Position numbers and translations under genes: made by a program. Below, piece after piece: positions 60,455 to 64,000 of a stretch of 64,000 nucleotides of DNA (position 1 is the stretch's first letter; the number at the start of each line of letters is the position of its first letter). Origin of the DNA: Paraspadella gotoi (Eukaryota; Animalia; Chaetognatha). The stretch covers positions 11,657,818-11,721,817 of the forward strand of contig CM119265.1 in the NCBI GenBank assembly GCA_051294375.1, written 5' to 3'. Under the pieces are notes generated by a model. The model was not told the origin of the DNA, ran no database searches, and saw nothing but the letters and a program-made list of their open reading frames with translations.

Positions 60455-63400
60455 GGATCCTGAGGGGGAGGGAGGGAAGGGGGCCCGAACTGTTGTTAAG
60501 AGAAATCTGGATGATAATGAGAGATCAAGGAAAGACGTGATCCCAATTCCTAAACAACTACCTAATTATTTTATGATATAACGTAACAGTACGTGTACTA
60601 CTAAAGGTTCCACGTACAATCGAACTCTTGTAGACTTATTTCTGAACTTAAATAATTAACAACTCTTTTGATCTAAGCGATTAGTATGACGTGTTCTTCA
60701 TTTAAAAAAAAAATGGTTTGCTATGGTTATGACGCAGAGACAGATCACGCTTAATTTGCTTCCCACCCTACTTATGATCATTTTTACTTCACTCGTCGCC
60801 ATATTTGATTCATAATCTTTTAGCTATAGTTGTTGTTTGGTACTCGGAGACCTAAGGTACTGTCTCTATGAGTATCAACCGCCCACAAGAAGGGCAATAG
60901 GGTCAGGAAAAGAAGAAATCTGATAAAAAGTCCAGAAAAATGCTTACAAAAAATTGTAGTAGCATTATGTTAAGAGCCTTGGTTAACTTACGAATGTACA
61001 TAATAAGCTTTAACAATAGATATTCATTATCTACAGAAAAGAACAATATTTCAGACCCATTAGTAAATAATTTTTTATCTAGGAATAGTACAAAATATGC
61101 AAATGAATTATGATACTAGAATTACAAAATAATTTTTTTTTATCTATATTTGAACTTGTTCATTGTAATAGACCATCATCATCAACAGTAAAGATATTCA
61201 AAAAGATTTTTCAAAAGAGCAATCTTTTGCCAATAAGCATGATAAATTTGGCTGCTTAATGAAGAAGATAGAATAATTCAATTTTTGAAAAAAACATTTT
61301 TGTGTTCCGTTCAAATCTGACTACCCAAATTGCAAACGCGATTGCCAGAAATCCGGGTAAAAACCATTTGTAAAAATGCAGGATTCCGATAACGTTTCAT
61401 CTGAAGAGCTTGTCCTATTCGTTTTATCGCATTTGATAAAGGATTTGATATCAAACAATCCAGGGGAAATGCACTCCTTATCTTCAGAGAATTTTCAACC
61501 TCATTTTTACTATAGAAATGAACGGGAAAGTTTACAAACTAAATTGCAAACGGGATTGCTATATGTTTCTGTTACATGAGCGATTCCGATAGCTTTGTGT
61601 CTGAAGAGCTTGTCCTATTTTTCTTTCTTCCTTTTATAATGATTTTGACATAAAATTATCAGGTTTAAATGAAAATGAAAGAAAATAAAAGAAAATGAAA
61701 GGAAAAACTTTAAGAAAAAGGGTCATTCCAATCAACTTCAAAATAGGCCAAAATGGAGTACAAATTCAGAAAGCTGAGCTCCTGGCGATTCCGAAAATGT
61801 ATTCACTTGATTTGATGCATTCTACCCCATTTTATATCGGTTTTAATTATAATATAAAATAAAAGAAACCAATCTGAAGAGTTGCAGGTCAAACGAAAAG
61901 GCCAATCCATCTGATATTTTTTATGAATTTTTCATTAATGAATTAGAAAAATGTAATAGAGAGACATTTTTAAATTTCAACTTGTATCCTTTAAAATGAA
62001 ACGTTTTTAAACTTTAACCCTGATGCGATAAACCTTTCGTTTTCGTTGTTATTTTCAAATAAATTCGTTGTACCACATTCAAAAACTTTGGCTTTCTCTA
62101 TAATTTAACCCTGAATTCTTTCTAACTGGAACGCGTTTATCAAAATGTCCTCTCTATTACATTTTTACAAATGTTTTTAAGATTAGGACTAAGCTCTGAC
62201 GAACAAAGCCAGAGGTTTTTTTAATATATTCTTATACCGGCCAAGGTAGAATGATGGCAATATTGTTAATATTAAGTTTCAAAAAATCTAACCATAAATA
62301 TAGAAAATATTAACCAAAATCTTTGGAAAATCCACCCCTTCTTTGGAAGATTTTCGCCAGAGAAGATTTTTCCGAATCTGACTCCCGGTTTGAAAACTCT
62401 TAGAATTCCGATCGTTAGCTCCTCTTTTACTTTTACTTTAAATAAAAATTTCACCAAAATGGACTAATTCACTTTATCATGATCGTTCATATCAAAAAAT
62501 AAACGAGTAAAGAAAAATTTTGAGAGCCCTTCAGACACTTTGCCAAAGGATTCCAAAATTAGACCTCATTTGTTGAACAGGAACATACCTCAGTCACGTT
62601 TTATATCTTTTCAAGGAAAAAAATCCCTTTCATTTCTATATAAAATCAGAGATGGAAAATTTTTCCATCGAGAAGCAGTCTATTTGTTCTGGCTTGTTTG
62701 ATATCAAGATGATGATGATTTGACAAGAGAAAAAAAATGCGAGCCCTTCAGATGCAACAGGATCGCGAATCAAGTGTTTTACATCGATATTTTACCAGAA
62801 TTTTTACCAGGAGCGTTTATATTGTTTGGTAGTCAGATTTGAACGAAAATCTCCATTGAAAAAGTCTTCCCTCGATCTCTAAGAACGACGGAGGACTCCT
62901 AGTTAGCTCCTCTTTTACTTTTAATAAAATTTCACCAAAATGGACTAATTCACTTTCCCATGATCGTATCATATCAAATAACCAATAAAATGTTAGAAGA
63001 AAAATTTTGAGAGCCCTTCAGACATATGGCTATCGGATTCCTGAATTTGAAGTTTATTGTAAAATCACAACATATGTTAAAGTGGTTGACATTGTATGAG
63101 AGTTGAGAAATCCCTTTATTTATATATATAATTGCATCGAAAATATTTCCAGAGCGGACCCAGTCCATTGAATCTGATGGTTTGATGTCAAAATGATGGT
63201 TATTTTGTCAAGAGAAGAAAAATGCGAGCCCTTCAGATGCAACAGGATCGGAATCGAGTGTTTTTACATCTATTTTTACCTGAATTTTTCCCAGGCGCTT
63301 GGACATTATTTGGTAGTCAGATTTTAACGAAAATCTCCATTGAAAAAGTCTTCCTCGATTTTCTAAGAACGACGTAGACTCCTATTAAGATTGCTAATCA

Positions 63401-64000
63401 ATTTTTTAATTCAATATTATTGCAGTCATTTTAGGCTGCAAGCCTCTTCAAATTCAGTGGAATATCAATTGTAGCTCGAATTTCTTTACCATCTATTTAA
63501 CTAAGTAAAATAAACTATTTGACTGAGTAAACGAGATTAATTGTTTAATTCTCCCCTTCTAAACTATCCCATACCGTGTTTTAACTTCTTACCTAGAATT
63601 TTTTAACAACCAGATTGAAAAACAAATCTTTAAGAAAAAGGGTCATTCAATTCAACTTCAAAATAGGCCAAAATGGAGTACAAATTCAGAAAGCTGAGCT
63701 CCTGGCGATTCTGAAAATGTATTCACTTTAAACATTTGATGCATTCTACCCCATTTTATATCGGTTTTAATTATAATATAAAATAAAAGAAACCTATCTG
63801 AAGAGTTGCAGGTCAAACAAAAATGCCAATCCATCTAATATTTTTTATGAATTTTCTATTACTGAATTAGAAAAATGTAATAGAGAAACATTTTTAAATT
63901 TCAACTTGTATCCTTGAAAATGAAACGTTTTTAAACTTTAACCCTGAATTCTTTCTAACTTGAACGCGTTTATCAAAATGTCTCTTTATTAGCACTTTTT

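Overview
AT-rich, repeat-dense animal (invertebrate-like) genomic DNA with two assembly gaps (23232-23917, 43655-44290). Four spliced host genes lie on the minus strand, reconstructed by hand from GT-AG junctions and reading phase: two tandem LITAF-domain paralogs, GATAD1, and a shugoshin-like gene. The rest is a nest of mobile DNA: Penelope-like retroelements (PLE; RT + GIY-YIG) with inverted pseudo-LTRs, an RT-less DIRS (tyrosine recombinase) element, Tc1 elements, TTAA- and hAT-type MITEs, DINE-1/HINE-like repeats and tRNA-derived SINE-like inserts. The most striking signal, invisible in the ORF track, is about 14 minimal hammerhead ribozyme motifs with covarying stem II. Some occur in ~400-bp non-coding palindromic inserts with one hammerhead on each strand, and one of these has a 12-bp target site duplication. 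The DIRS element also carries its circle-junction (ICR) sequence at an atypical 5' position. All calls come from visual reading; no searches or folding programs were run.
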